NCBI RefSeq assembly: GCF_006345805.1
Contig: NW_021831990.1
Location: 229-64,228 of the forward strand
Reading direction: 5' to 3'
DNA: 64,000 bases
Source of the DNA: Octopus sinensis
Taxonomy: Eukaryota
The notes beneath the pieces were generated by a model. It had not been told where the DNA came from and searched no databases. It saw nothing but the letters and a program-made list of their open reading frames with translations. Made by a program: the position numbers and the translations under genes. Positions 27,875 through 41,300 of this stretch are shown piece after piece. Each line of letters opens with the position of its first letter. Position 1 is the first letter of the stretch.

Positions 27875-28008
27875 CATATGCATATATATATACGCACATA
27901 TATATATATATATATATCTTATCCTTATTTATATATATATATATATATATACAAGTCACTCGCTATGCAAGTACATCTCCGTATTTTATTTATATGATTT
28001 ATACTTAT

Positions 28009-28055
<47 letters not shown>

Positions 28056-28058
<3 letters not shown>

Positions 28059-28960
28059 GCAGAAATACCCGGCGTTGCCTGGGTTAAAGAGAATAATGAT
28101 ATTTTAAAATGCCGTATTGATTACGCAGGTCTCAACTGCTAGTAGCTGAGATACCAACTTTCTACATTAATAACTTTCTAACCCATGCCAGCATGGAACA
28201 TCGACGTTATGTGAAATGTTAAAAGAAAGTTTTCAACTACTATATGTATATAAAGTAAATACACGTAATTCAAAAACACGTTTTGTGTAGCTTATTTCGT
28301 AACCAAAAAGCAGGTACAGATTATAAACAATGAAAGGCAGATTTTCGTGATTCATTTGACAGAAACAGTAAAGAGCCAATCTGATGATAAAACTGATCTA
28401 GGATCTTGAAAGTTTGCATGAATCCTGGCTCAGTTAAATCTCTTGTGGCTCCAAATGATGTCATCTGTAGTACAACGTTGTATTGTTTAATTTTGTTTTA
28501 GAAGTGCTTGGAGTCTTGGTCGGTTGATGACTACAGTTTCTTCAATGGCTCTATAGGTTGGGGGATTGCAGAGAGTTTAACCTTTCCACCGCTGCAGCAC
28601 GGTGCAAGTGTCTCCAGGCCACTTCCTTGCTTTACAATGTATGTATTCAGTTGTCATTGCACCAATGGAAACTCTAGTGTCGTCTGCATAATGAACTGCT
28701 GGATCATAATTGAAAGTTGCTTCATAGAAGTTGCTTCTCTGAGCTGCTGCAATTTCTTTTCGTTCTGCAGTGGAGATCCTACTCCTTGTGAGTCGTGCAT
28801 ACATCTGTACATCACTTTGAGATCCTCTGGCTCTTATAGTGCAGTCTGTTTGTTTCTTGGTATGCTTCCTTTCTGTAGCTGTCTCTTTTCCCACGGACAG
28901 AGGCATTATTTTACTTGGCCTTGACATTGTAGACAAATTTGACACTTTCATTCAAGACAC
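28056..28960 (-). mobile_element. Internally deleted Helitron with an intact-looking 3' terminus
   Basis: ORF 28577-28951 has FNYDPAVHY...IGAMTT..HCKARKWPG, like Helitron Rep N-terminal regions. The minus-strand end is CCCAGGCAACGCCGGG hairpin + 8 nt + CTAG|T at 28056-28083. Confidence 0.75.
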
Positions 28961-29969
28961 GGTTATATACGTATACAGAAATACACGGGTACAGAAGATA
29001 CTAAACAATGAAAATAACTGGGTAATGGAAATTCTATTTCTTAATACGACGGGCAGAAAGTAAATAAGAAATAAGATGTTTTCTGCCCTCAAGGACCAGT
29101 CACACATTATGTAAAAGATTTTAAGAGTCTAAAACCATTCCTAGAACATAAGAAATGTATGTTCGCGTTTGGAGAAATAAGTTGAAACGTACTGTCTTTA
29201 TAATCTTTTACACACACACATAGACAGAACGGGATTTATATTATAGACATGCATATATATGTATATATATATGCCTATATGTATATAAGCATATATATAT
29301 ATTAAGGTATGTAGAAAAATACAACATGGACAAGAACGTATAACTCTTAGAAGACGACACAATAAACATGGACAGGACATTCGAACCCTCAGTCTTCAGT
29401 CAAGAACCGGATCATCGTAGTAATTTCGGCTGATTAATCTTGAGATTACTAGATCACGGCCAGCCCTCCAAGAAAAACTAAGCAACGAGCATTAGAAAAC
29501 TAAGCTGGAAGCGTAGATTTCCTGGAAGAAGGATCGAATGCATACGAAACCAGGACAGCAAAAGGACAGATATAAAAAAAACAAAAAACAATAATGGAAT
29601 ACAGAAACATGAAATACAGAAGCATTAACGGTGAAACAACAAGTGTCTTACGACTGATAACAAGCAAACAAATTTTTTCTCTCTCTCTATGCATATTAAT
29701 ATATACATATATATACATATGCATGTATATATATAATATATATATATGCACATATATATATACATATATATTATATATATATGCACATATAATATACGTA
29801 TATATATATATATTATTTATATATATATATATATATAATAATATATATATATAAACTGGCGACATTGCAAGAATGACGCTGCACACGAAGGTTCCCCCCA
29901 CATTTTACAATTACTCGTCACATATTAGATGTTATTTAACATCTTCATGGATAAAAACATTGTATTAGA

Positions 29970-30362
29970 TGCAGGAGTGGCTGTGTGGCAAGAAGCTTGC
30001 TTCCAAACCAGATTCTTCCGGGTTCAGTCCCACTGCGTGGCACCTTGGGCCACTGTCTTCTACTATAGTCTCGGGACGGCCAAAGTCTTGTGAGTGGATT
30101 TGATAGTGATAGAAGCTGAAAGAGGCCCGATGTATATATATATATATATGTATGTATATGTTTGTGTGTCTGTGTTTGTCCTCTCACCATTGCTTAACAA
30201 CCGATGTTGGTGTGTTTACGTCCCTTGAATTTAGCCGTTCGGCAAAAACCACCAATAGAATAAGTACTAAGCTTACAAAGTATAAGTTGTGGTGTCGATG
30301 TATTCTACTAAAGGCGGTGCTCCAGCATTGTCGCAGTCAAATGGCTGAAACAAATAAAAGAA
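29970..30362 (+). mobile_element. SINE family B
   Basis: Matches the family consensus. Confidence 0.82.
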
Positions 30363-30694
30363 TATTCAATCACGCTTCACTGTACGTGTGTACACCAATA
30401 TTATGCGTTGCCCCCCTCCCTCTACTCCTCGCTCATTCTCTCTTTTTCCATTTTCTCTCTCCATCGTTCTCTCCCGCTTTCTACTCTTCTTCCCATTCCC
30501 TTTTCGTTCTGTCTTCCTCGCCTTCCACTTATTCTTTTTCTCTGCCTTCTCTCTCTCTCTCTCTCTCTGTCTCCCCATTTCCTCTGACTGTAACCCACAG
30601 CATGTCTCTCTTTTCACTCCTTTTATCCAACTCCCCAACTACCAATTGCAAAAACCTGTTACATAAAGAGATGTAAATCCGACACTGCTTCTCC

Positions 30695-31075
30695 TTGTCT
30701 CTTGCTCTCTTACTCTTTTTCTTTTTCTCTTGTTCTCTTAGTCTTTTCCCTGTCTCTTACGCTCTTAGCTTTTTTCTTTTTCTCTTGCTCTCTTACTCCT
30801 TTTCTTTCTCTCTTGTTCTCTTAGTCTTTTTCCTTGTCTCTTAAACTCTTAGCCTTTTTCTTTTTCTCTTGCTCTTTTACTCCTTCTCTTTTTCCCTTTC
30901 TCTCTTACTCCTTTTCCTTGTCTCTTACTCTCTTAGCATTTTTCCTTGTCTCTTAGTCTTTTTCTTTTTCTCTTGCCCTCTTACTGCTTTTCTTTCTCTC
31001 TTGCTCTCTTACTCCTTTTCTTTTTCTCTAGTTCTCTTAGCCTTTTTCTTTTTCTCTTGCTCTCTTAGTCATTTT
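30695..31075. repeat. ~28-bp pyrimidine-rich minisatellite
   Basis: Alternating tcttgctctcttactcc.. and tcttgttctcttagtc.. units. Confidence 0.8.
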
Positions 31076-31712
31076 CCTTTGCTTGTCTAAAGCATACAAC
31101 GCTAAGCTTTAATTTCTCTTGTTTCTCTAATTGCTATATTTATTTTCGCTGTACGTAAACTTTATATTGTTGTTGTTTCACTTTGTATTTCTACGCTTTT
31201 TGGCCACGTTTTTTGTTTATCTGACTCCACGTATTCTTTGCTTGTCTTCTCACTTCCTGAATTTTGTTTTATTTGTGGAAGTTATTCATATATTTATGCG
31301 TGTGTTTATGTATGTACGAATATGCATGTATTAGCCATCGGCTACATTTTGGTTTATCCAGTAACTACATGGAATCCTGGGTTTTGCTAAGCACCGTATT
31401 TTGCTAAGCAGCCTACATTTCTAATATGAGATATTTGACAACAAAATATTGGAGGAAATATGATTTTCCGATTGATGAACGCAAACGTACTTTATTCTGA
31501 CATTGCACGACGTTTTAGCCTTATATTAGTGTTGGATAAGAGAAGTTACTCTTACATACCGGTAAGTTAAGGGGATGTAAACGAACCAACACTGACTATA
31601 AAGCAGTGGAGGAGACAACACAAACACAGACACACACACATGCACACTTACATACTTATATATATATATATGAGAGATTGTGTGTGTGTGTGTGTGTGTG
31701 TGTTGTGTGTGT

Positions 31713-31746
<34 letters not shown>

Positions 31747-32316
31747 TGTGTGTGTGTACGGACGACGAACCTCCACACATTTTCCATCTACACTTTCCTT
31801 CTTGCTATCTTATCCTTTTTGGTTTTTTCTGGGTCAAAGGATAAGAGACGCTAAGGGGATGCATATTCCTGCTTGTGACTGTACAGGCAGCTACAACAAT
31901 AAGCGAAAGCATGGTACATGCTTCCGAATGACGGCTTTGTATGTTTCTTGTGAGTTTATGTATTTACTGCAGATATTATGGTGGAGGGATCGTTTCATTA
32001 GTGTATTTTTACTGTTCTGCGCAAAGGTATCGGAATGAATTCGCCTCCAATGCAAGGCGATACACACATATGTGAAAACATGTAATAACTAAACAAAAAT
32101 GAGCTAAGAGAAATAAATCAGGGGACCATATCAATCATGTAGTAAATTGTAGTTTTCTCTTTTTAATAAGTTGAAATTTCATATTTCATATTTTCAAGAG
32201 TTTCTTCTAGTTTTTTTGAAACATTAAAAATTCTATATCTATCAAAAACCTTCGTGAAGTTTCGTCTTTATTAACATTCCAGTAGCAGTTTTAATAAACA
32301 TACATACATACATACA

Positions 32317-32348
<32 letters not shown>

Positions 32349-33000
32349 CATACATACATACATATACAATATTCTAATATCGGCACAAGGCCAGTTACTT
32401 TGAGAGGAAGTCAATTACACCAAGCCATGTTCGACTAGTGTATATTTTATTGCAACTGAGAGTATTAAAGGCCGAATCGACGATGCGGCATTTGAAGAAC
32501 GTAAAGAACTGGAAGAAATATCGCAAAACATTTTTTCCAAACGCTGTAACGATTCTGCCAGCTCGACAGAATCTTTAGTATCTACATATCTGTCTATCTA
32601 TATAGCGTTCACCACTTCACCTCGTTATGGCTTAACAGCCCTCACCGTTTGTTTTTACTGTTTTGTTCTTATTGTCCTATTTTTTGTTACCACTTTAACA
32701 CACAGCAAAAAATCCCAGATTTTATTTAATTTGTTTTGCGGGAACGACTGTTTTAACGAAGTCGCGTATTGTCCCCTACCTTCGAGACGCGGAGTAGATA
32801 AAACAGGGGACAATTGATGAAGGGGATCTTACCTGTCTTGTTTCTCTGTTTGTTTCTTTCGTTGTTAGAAAAAAAGTTCGTTTTCCATGCTTTTGTTCAC
32901 GTTTTTTAAAGTCCTGTACCCATATATACATGTATATATACATATATATGTAGGCATGTACTTGTATGTGCGTAAGTTTTATCTACAGACACACACACCA

Positions 33001-33042
<42 letters not shown>

Positions 33043-33046
33043 ATAC

Positions 33047-33077
<31 letters not shown>

Positions 33078-33189
33078 ATATATACGTATATATATATACA
33101 TATATATGTATATATATGCATGTATACATACATATATATACACACATATATCTATTTATGTGTGTATATATATATATATATACATGCAT

Positions 33190-33385
33190 ATTTATCATTC
33201 GCCATGATAGATCGCTAGCCACTACACATTCTTTATTTTTCTCTCCCTGTTTCTTTCTGTGTTCCTTTATGTAGAAGAGCGTAGGCTCGAAACGTTAAAG
33301 ACTTTCTCACTTCCCGAGCGTTAAACTAATATATCTGTTTCTTTTCTACACCATCTGTCTTCGTCTTTTTTTTGTGAACTCTCCC
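33190..33385 (+). repeat. Dispersed pLTR-like repeat (also 46395-46520 and 2515-2700, minus)
   Basis: Shared gaagagcgtaggctcgaaacgttaaagact...ttctacaccacctgtcttcgtc. Assignment to Penelope pLTRs is inferred. Confidence 0.6.
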
Positions 33386-33436
33386 TATATATATGTATAT
33401 ATATATATACAAATATATGTATATGTGTATATATAC

Positions 33437-33492
<56 letters not shown>

Positions 33493-34314
33493 AGAAATAT
33501 ATATATGCATATATATACATATATATGTATACGTGTATATATATATATATACATATAAGTATCTACATATATATACATTCATCTACTCTTTTAAAGGACG
33601 TGCCCATGTATGTATGTATATATGATGTATGTATGTATGTATATATATATATATATATATACTATATATATATATATATATAGGGAAATAGAAATGCACA
33701 TAAATTCGCAAGCACACCATTTTCCCATGCACACCCTCCCCTATATATATATATGTGTGCGTGTCATTCATTCGCATATTCATGTTCACGTGACTGCAGA
33801 AAAATTACATGCTTTATAATTCCTTTAAAAAACAAAACATGCGGAATATTTATGATTTTTAATTTTCTAAAATTCTTTTTTCTGCCACTTATGCATTTGT
33901 TATTCTACTCGCTAGTTACATTATACTTGAAATAATTCTATTGTCGAAACAGAATTGAATTTATTTCTTTAAACTAAAATAATACATACTGTTTTAATTG
34001 TTCTTGTTCGTTCGTTCATTCAATTTATCTCTTTCGTTCTTTTATATCTCTCAATATCTGTCTTTATATCTCGTTTTTGTCCATCTCCAAATATATGTGT
34101 GTATATGTGTGTGGGTGTATGCGCTTATATGCATATGCGTGGGTGTGTTTTCGCATGTATATATATCTATCAACTTGAGTGTGTGTACGCAGGTGCATAC
34201 TATATAAGTTCTTATTTCTACATCTATGGCGTCTTTATATAACTTTGAATTTTTATACACACATCTATACACACTCTCTGATACATATAAGTAGATAAAT
34301 AGATAGATAGATAG

Positions 34315-34353
<39 letters not shown>

Positions 34354-34386
34354 CAGACATACAGATAGATAGATAGACAGACATAC

Positions 34387-34423
<37 letters not shown>

Positions 34424-34572
34424 TGTTTCTTTATTAGCCACACAGGGCTGCACACAGATAGAACATTACAAGGTAAGCTTTTCTTTTGAAGGTATTAAAA
34501 AAAAAAAAAAAAGGAGGGGGAGGTTCGATCAAAAGGGATCGTAAAAGGAGAGAAGAGGACAAAAATAAGGGG

Positions 34573-34608
<36 letters not shown>

Positions 34609-35340
34609 GGGAGAGAGGAAAAAATGATCAATAGGGATCGTTATCACAGAAATGTCAATATGAAGTTGTAAAGGGGAGGACAGGTGAAGTTTACCCGTGG
34701 AAAGAAAACCTGCGGAAAAGACCACGGTACCTCGGTCAATGAAGTCACATTTTATATTTCTTTTTTTTTTTTTTTTTTTTTTGCAAATAGCAAACTCTCT
34801 GTTTTCGATTTCTGGGTCATAGGCTATGCTCAAGGTGGCTTCGTCATTCATACGTGCCATTCTTGCTACATTCCCCCATTTTTTTTAAAACATTCGCTAG
34901 ACAAAACTTGCCTCTCTACCTCACTTTCCTTTTCAAGTGGTACTTGAAGAAGTTGATGATAGATTGACCAGAGAGGAAGTGTTTGTCTCCAATCCTTTCA
35001 GACGCGTCACCAGATACATTCTTTCGCCATAGCCCCAAGGATATGAAAATAGCTCTTCCTCCCGTTTGAAGGAAGGAGGCGTGACAATATTGACGATAGA
35101 CTCAGCTGATAAACCGACTCGTCCCACACTTGACAGCAGTTGTTCGACTAAGCCCACAGGTCGGAAATTGTTTGGACACTGAACGAGTGCGTGCAGAACG
35201 GTTTCGTCGCTCTGACCGCATCTCGGGCAGGTCGGCCCGTGTTTTTCTCGAGCCGTGTCTTTAGAGCTATCCCGAACGGGTAGCGCTTCTCGGTAGCACT
35301 GCCAGGCCAGGGATCTCTGGAAGTTGTCCATGGGCCCTGG
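34424..35340 (-). mobile_element. 5'-truncated copy of the same Tx1-type LINE (zinc-finger region + 3'UTR), inserted in (GATA)n
   Basis: Closely similar to 37985-38875 (MDNFQRSLAW, HGPTCPRCGQSDETVLHALVQC, same 3' end). (GATA)n lies on both sides (~34290-34423 and 35341-35418). Confidence 0.92.
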
Positions 35341-35383
35341 ATAGATAGATAGATAGAATAGATAGATAGATAGATAGATAGAT

Positions 35384-35419
<36 letters not shown>

Positions 35420-35739
35420 TGTGGGCTTGAATGACGTTTCGTGTTATATTTTTATATCGTTAACACACATTAAAGACAGAAATTTCATTTGCTTCTACAT
35501 GTGAATGGACGAAAATATCACGCGCTCTGAGTATAACGACTGAACAGAGAAATATGTGACGCGCTTTCTTCGACTTTTCGCTAACCAATGAAACCTTGAC
35601 GATTAATCGTGTTTCGATGCGTTTACAAGTACTTTTAGTCTATATTTCATCAGAATGTTTCCTTATTGGTTCGTTTTAATAATCAGTAACCTAAAAACAT
35701 AGACGTACGATTCATGTAGCTTCGGCTTTTAATAATAAT

Positions 35740-35788
<49 letters not shown>

Positions 35789-35796
35789 TCAACATC

Positions 35797-35879
<83 letters not shown>

Positions 35880-35881
<2 letters not shown>

Positions 35882-36170
35882 GCCCTGATGCAGTACCAGG
35901 CAGTGGCTCTCGTGGCTTCTGATCTTAACTGATTGAAAGTGTTATCATGTACATTGTTTTGTCTTGGTATAAAAGATGGGCGGCAGCAAATATTCTGCTC
36001 AATACCACAGATTTGCTTGTCACTTGTTTGACCTTAACCAGTTGAGCATGTCCCTTAATGGCTGACGATATGTGCATCTCTGATCACGAGCAGAAGTAGT
36101 GGAGGAGCATCATAGCCATGTGTTGAGAGGGATTCTTTGGGGTTTGAATAATTTTCCTCTGGAAACATTT
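35880..36170 (+). mobile_element. Second copy (5' part) of the TAA-flanked module
   Basis: aaaagatggg..agcaaatattctgctcaataccacagatttgc... matches 18190-18385. Preceded by (CAA)n(TAA)n. Confidence 0.65.
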
Positions 36171-36404
36171 TTTCCCTTTTGGTTCCGATATTAATGGATA
36201 TAGTCTTGCGTTGGCTAATATTTTTTTCAATGATTTCGGTTGCATTTTGCTCTTGTGTGAGCCTAAAATTTTGCTCATCCTTTTATCTCCTGTGAGAATG
36301 GGTAGATTTTGTATGATAATGTTGAAGGCTTCATTGTTTCTATGATTATGTGTGGAGACGTATGGGAGTATTTTAACGTCTGGTGTACTATATTATATCA
36401 TATA

Positions 36405-36449
<45 letters not shown>

Positions 36450-36530
36450 TATATATATATATACATACATACATACCGTTGGCGATTTTTTTCCTCTGTC
36501 TTCCCTTCTCTGGATCTTTCCTTCCCCTAT

Positions 36531-36565
36531 GTTTCTGACGAAGAGCTCCGCTCGAAACGTTAAAC
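36531..36565 (+). ncRNA. Minimal hammerhead-like motif in a pLTR-like repeat (repeat spans ~36470-36660)
   Basis: gttt-CUGACGA-a-gagc tcc gctc-GAAA-cg-UU-aaac. A sister copy at 44852-44886 (minus) has a GUC site. Confidence 0.5.
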
Positions 36566-36662
36566 CCTCCTTCTTTCCTTCTTTCCTGAGCGTCCAATAA
36601 TACTATATTTTTTCCACGTCCTCGCGTTGTTGTGCTTTTTTTGTGTCTTCTTGTTTGGATTA

Positions 36663-36697
<35 letters not shown>

Positions 36698-37630
36698 GCA
36701 TACATACGTATACACATAAATACAACATATTTAATGCAAATTAATTGCGGTACGCGACGGAGGTAATATCTCTTATGAAGTAATGTGTTAAAAGCACGAA
36801 TATACAAGTAACAGGCGAACATTATCTAACAGCAGTGATGATAATCCTAGATGCACATTTCTCCCTCGTTGGGCTTCGTCAGTAGCATGTACTCTCTGTG
36901 AACGTTATGCTCAAACAAATCCGTTATGCATCCAGTGTTCTACCCGTCGCTGCTGAAAGGTTTCCGTCTGCTACTGATGTATCTGCGTTTTCAAGCTCAG
37001 TACGTCCATAAATGTTATTTCCGGATAATCACTACAGTTAATTTGCGTTCACGCCCTGTATTTGCATTTAGTATGATACAGAGATGGCGAATATTGATTA
37101 TATTGCACAAAACGGATTTTTATTCATCCGGCTGATTATTTGCCACACAAGTGATTTATCAGTTACTGTTTTTCTGTATCTCTAACAACAGAATTGTGTC
37201 TTAGCATGCAGTTCAGGGTGAGTAGATGCCACTCACAAAACACAATGCCCGTCTATAATTTTCACCGCCACAGCCAGACAATTTCTATCGTCTGCTTCTG
37301 TACTTGTGTCTTAATAAACCTGTTTCTTAAAAAAACAGGGTCATTTCCTAGTTCAAATAGCAATGACATCGAATTCCTTTCTTTTATATTAGTAGTGAAT
37401 AGCCTGACAGAAACTCAGTCAGTTCAAAATATATCACTAGATACGAGTACTCTAGCTATGTGTGTACTCATATATAGATATGAGTGTGCATTTGTGTGTG
37501 CGTGAGCATGTGTACTGTACATACATATACGCATATATATATGATATATAATTGAATATATGCATGCGTATATGAAAAAGTCTTACCAATTTGTTTTATT
37601 TCGGTATATGTACACTGTATATATATATAT

Positions 37631-37689
<59 letters not shown>

Positions 37690-37712
37690 CAAATATATTA
37701 TATGTGTATATA

Positions 37713-37756
<44 letters not shown>

Positions 37757-37848
37757 ATATATACATAATATATATGCATATATATATACATATATGTGTG
37801 TGTAGAGTATTCTACGATTTATTTAGAATATTCAAGAGATAGATAGAT

Positions 37849-37890
<42 letters not shown>

Positions 37891-37949
37891 CAGATAGATA
37901 ATAGATAGATGATAGATAGATAGATAATAGATAGATAGATAGATGATAT

Positions 37950-37985
<36 letters not shown>

Positions 37986-38344
37986 TGTTTCTTTATTAGC
38001 ACACAGGGCTGCACACAGATAGAACAAATTACAAGGTAGAGCTTTTCTTTTGAAGGTTTAAAAAAAAAAATAATAATAATAATATAATAATAATAATAAA
38101 ATAAAAAATAAAATAAAATAAAAAAATGGGGTGTCGATCAAAAGGGATCGTAAAAGGAGAGAAGAGGACAAAAAAAAGGGGGGTTAAAAAAAAGGGGGAG
38201 AGGAAAAAAATTGATCAATAGGGATCGTTATCACAGAAATGTCAATATGAAGTGTAAAGGGGAGGACACCCGTGAGGTTTACCCGTGTAAATGATTCTAT
38301 GAACTTTTTTGCAAATAAGCAACTCTCTGTATTAATTTTACGGT

Positions 38345-41300
38345 TCATAGAATCATAGTCAGGTGGCTTCGTCATTCATACGTGCCATCCTTGCTACATT
38401 CACCCATCTTTTTTTAAAACATTCACTAGACAAAACTTGCCTCTCTACTCTCACTTTTTTTCTTCAGTGATACTTGAAGAAGTTGATGAGAGATTGACCA
38501 GAGAGGAAAGTGTTTGTCTCTAATCCTTTCAGACGCGTCCACCAGATACATTCTTTCGCCATAGCCACAAGGATGATAAAATAGCTCTTCCTTCCCGTTT
38601 GAAGGAAGGAGGCGTGACGATATTAACGATAGACTCGGCTGATAAACCGACACGTCCCACACGTGACAGCAGTCGTTCGACATAAGCCCACAGGTGGGAA
38701 TTGCTGGACACTGCACGATTGCGTGCAGAGCGGTTTCGTCGCTCTGCCCGCATCTCGGGCAGGTCGGCCCCGTGTTTCTCGAGCCATGCCTATAGAGCTT
38801 ATCCCGAACGGGTAGCGCTTCTCGTGTAGCCCCGCCAGGCCAGGGATCTCTGGAAGTTGTCCATAGGTCCCGGGCCGAAAGTCGTTTGAAACAGGCGGGT
38901 CAGGTATTCCTCGTCGACGCCCAAGTTTGCCCCGAGCTCGTCGTCGTACCTCCCCTCCACTAATCCCCTATAGAATGCTTTGGTTGTGTTGAAGTCACTC
39001 AAGGTCGACCCGGACGGCAGAGTTGCTTGAGAGCAACGCGACACTCGCGGTGCCATTCGCCCTTCTCGGCCTCTTTTTGATCCACGACTGTAGTTCGGTC
39101 ATGGAGACGAGTTGCGGGAATGCGTGCCTCACAAACGGCGACCACACCTGTTCACCGTCGTCTACATAGAGCCGGAGATGTCCCAGTCTCAGCGCGTGTC
39201 TGCGCATCATCAGCCACGGCATGCCCAGCCCTCCTTTTAACGGGTGTTGACAGCAAATGGATCGCCTGACCATCGGGACGCATCCTTTCCACAAGAAGCG
39301 GAAGAGGATGCGTTCTAGTTTGGTGATGGTGGGGTCGGGACAAGGTACGACGGTCAGGCGGTAGTAGATGATGGACGCGATGTACGCGTTCACCACCTCC
39401 GCCCGACCTTTTAGGGACAGTTTCCTCTCGGCCCATAGCTGGGCGAGAGTGACCACCCTACTCGTTATCTCGTTCCAGTTCTTCTCCATTTGGAGGTCCG
39501 GACCGAACCAGACCCCGAGCAACTCAACCGGCCGTCTGTCCAGCGTCCCACGACGGAGTACTGGTGGACGGCATGGGCTTGCTTCTCCAGGTGCCGAGCC
39601 GCAAGCCCACTGACTTTTCCCGGTTGATTTTTGCTCCTGTCACCGCTTCGTAGTTTTTCAGTGTCTCGCCGACCCGCTCGATGTGCTCGTGGCTTGACAC
39701 TATGACGGTGACGTCGTCCGCGTATGCAGACACGCTCGTCCCGCATCCTAATTCTCGCGGGATGCCCCTCAGAGTCGCCAGCTTCCGCAGTAGTGGCTCA
39801 AGAGTCAATACGTATAGAAGCGCCGAGAGGGGGCATCCCTGACGGACCGAACGTGCAATGTCGAAGGGTCTCGATAGATGTCCATTTACGCGACAATTAC
39901 GAACGGATGCCCCTGTACAAGGCAGCTATCCAGCCGCGGAAGACGGGACCGAAACCAGCCGCTCTCAGGACTGCCTCCAAGTATCGATGGTCTACCCTAT
40001 CAAAGGCTTTCGATTGATCCAAGTTGATCAGGGCCCCACCCATGCCAGGTTCGTTAACTACCCTGTCTATGATGTAGCGCATCAGATGGAGGTTGTCATG
40101 GATGCTCCGGCCCGGCACGGCGCACGTTTGTGCGTTGTCGACCAGTTTCTCGATGACAGCGCCAACCTCTTGGCTAACACCTTTGTCAAAATTTTCAGGT
40201 CTGCATTGAGCAGAGTGATTGGCCTAAAGTTATCTATAATGTTTCCCTTGTTTGGATCTTTCTTCAGCAGAGTTACAGCTCCTCGACTCACAAAACCGGT
40301 ATGCTCCCGTTTTGCTGCCAGTTGCAGTATACCGCTGCCAAGACGTCTCCAAACAAGTCTGGCATACAATAGTAAAATTCGTAGGGTAGACCATCCAAAC
40401 CCGGTGATTTGTCCCTCGAGCATTCTGCCATCGCTTCCCGCACTTCCGCCGCCGTGATGGCACCTTCGCAGCACCCTGCCTTTCTTGTCGAGAGTCGTGG
40501 CAGGCTATGTAGGTAGGCACTGAAGTCTACCCTACGTTCTTGCCCTCCACTCGTCCCGAACAGTCGGGCAAAATGCTGCTGAAAGGCCTCACACATTTTA
40601 CTTGGCTCGAGCAATTCGCGCCCCTGTTCATCTACCAGTGACCGAATGGTGGCTTTGTTGCCCTGTTGCGCCCTCTGCCACCCGGGCCTCTCTCGCGGCT
40701 CCAACACCTTCGTTCCTTAGAGCACGCATCCTAGCTCTGACAGCACATCCTTCGTGTTTGGCGTTGAAGTGTTGGTCGAGGGCCAACCTCGCCGCCAAAA
40801 CGTCGGATGCGATGCCGCTTCTAATTGCCTCTTCTAGCTTCTTAACTAGCTCACCCTCTACTCTATTTCTATCTATGGCTAGTGCTTTGCTGTACCTAAT
40901 CGCTTCTGCTTTTACTGCTCTCTTGAGGGCAAACCACCATTTGTTGTTGATGATGGCTCCCGTCAAAGCCCTCTTTACTAGTGTAATCCGCTCTCCGGTC
41001 TCTGAAAACTTGTCTGGACGGGAATGATGCGTTCAGTTTCCAGTACCCAGGACCCTGTCTATGTGCCTTATCTAAGTCTAGCGTACACGTCACCAATTTG
41101 TGATCCGTGTAGCTGACTGTGTGGAATTGTGGACATCCTAAGTTATCCTTGTCTACTGTCCTACACAGTATCCTATCTAGATACGATCTCGACGACCCAC
41201 TGCGGTTGCTCCATGTCCACGTTGGTGCATTTGGGTGGTCGAGTCGGTACCTGTCAGACAGTTGGAATCGTCTGAGCAGGTCTCTGAGGCATTTGCATCC

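Noticed and set aside
33270-33300. Active hammerhead in the gtagaagagcgtaggctcgaaacgtt family
   Set aside because: Two copies both read GUAGAA instead of CUGANGA, so the core is not intact.
36850-37020. Possible minus-strand exon (YGRTELENADTSVADGNL...)
   Set aside because: Short, with no recognisable domain. Cannot be supported without transcript data.
39858-41027. Plus-strand ORFs (199 aa, 141 aa) overlapping the LINE
   Set aside because: Antisense shadows of GC-richer ORF2 sequence.
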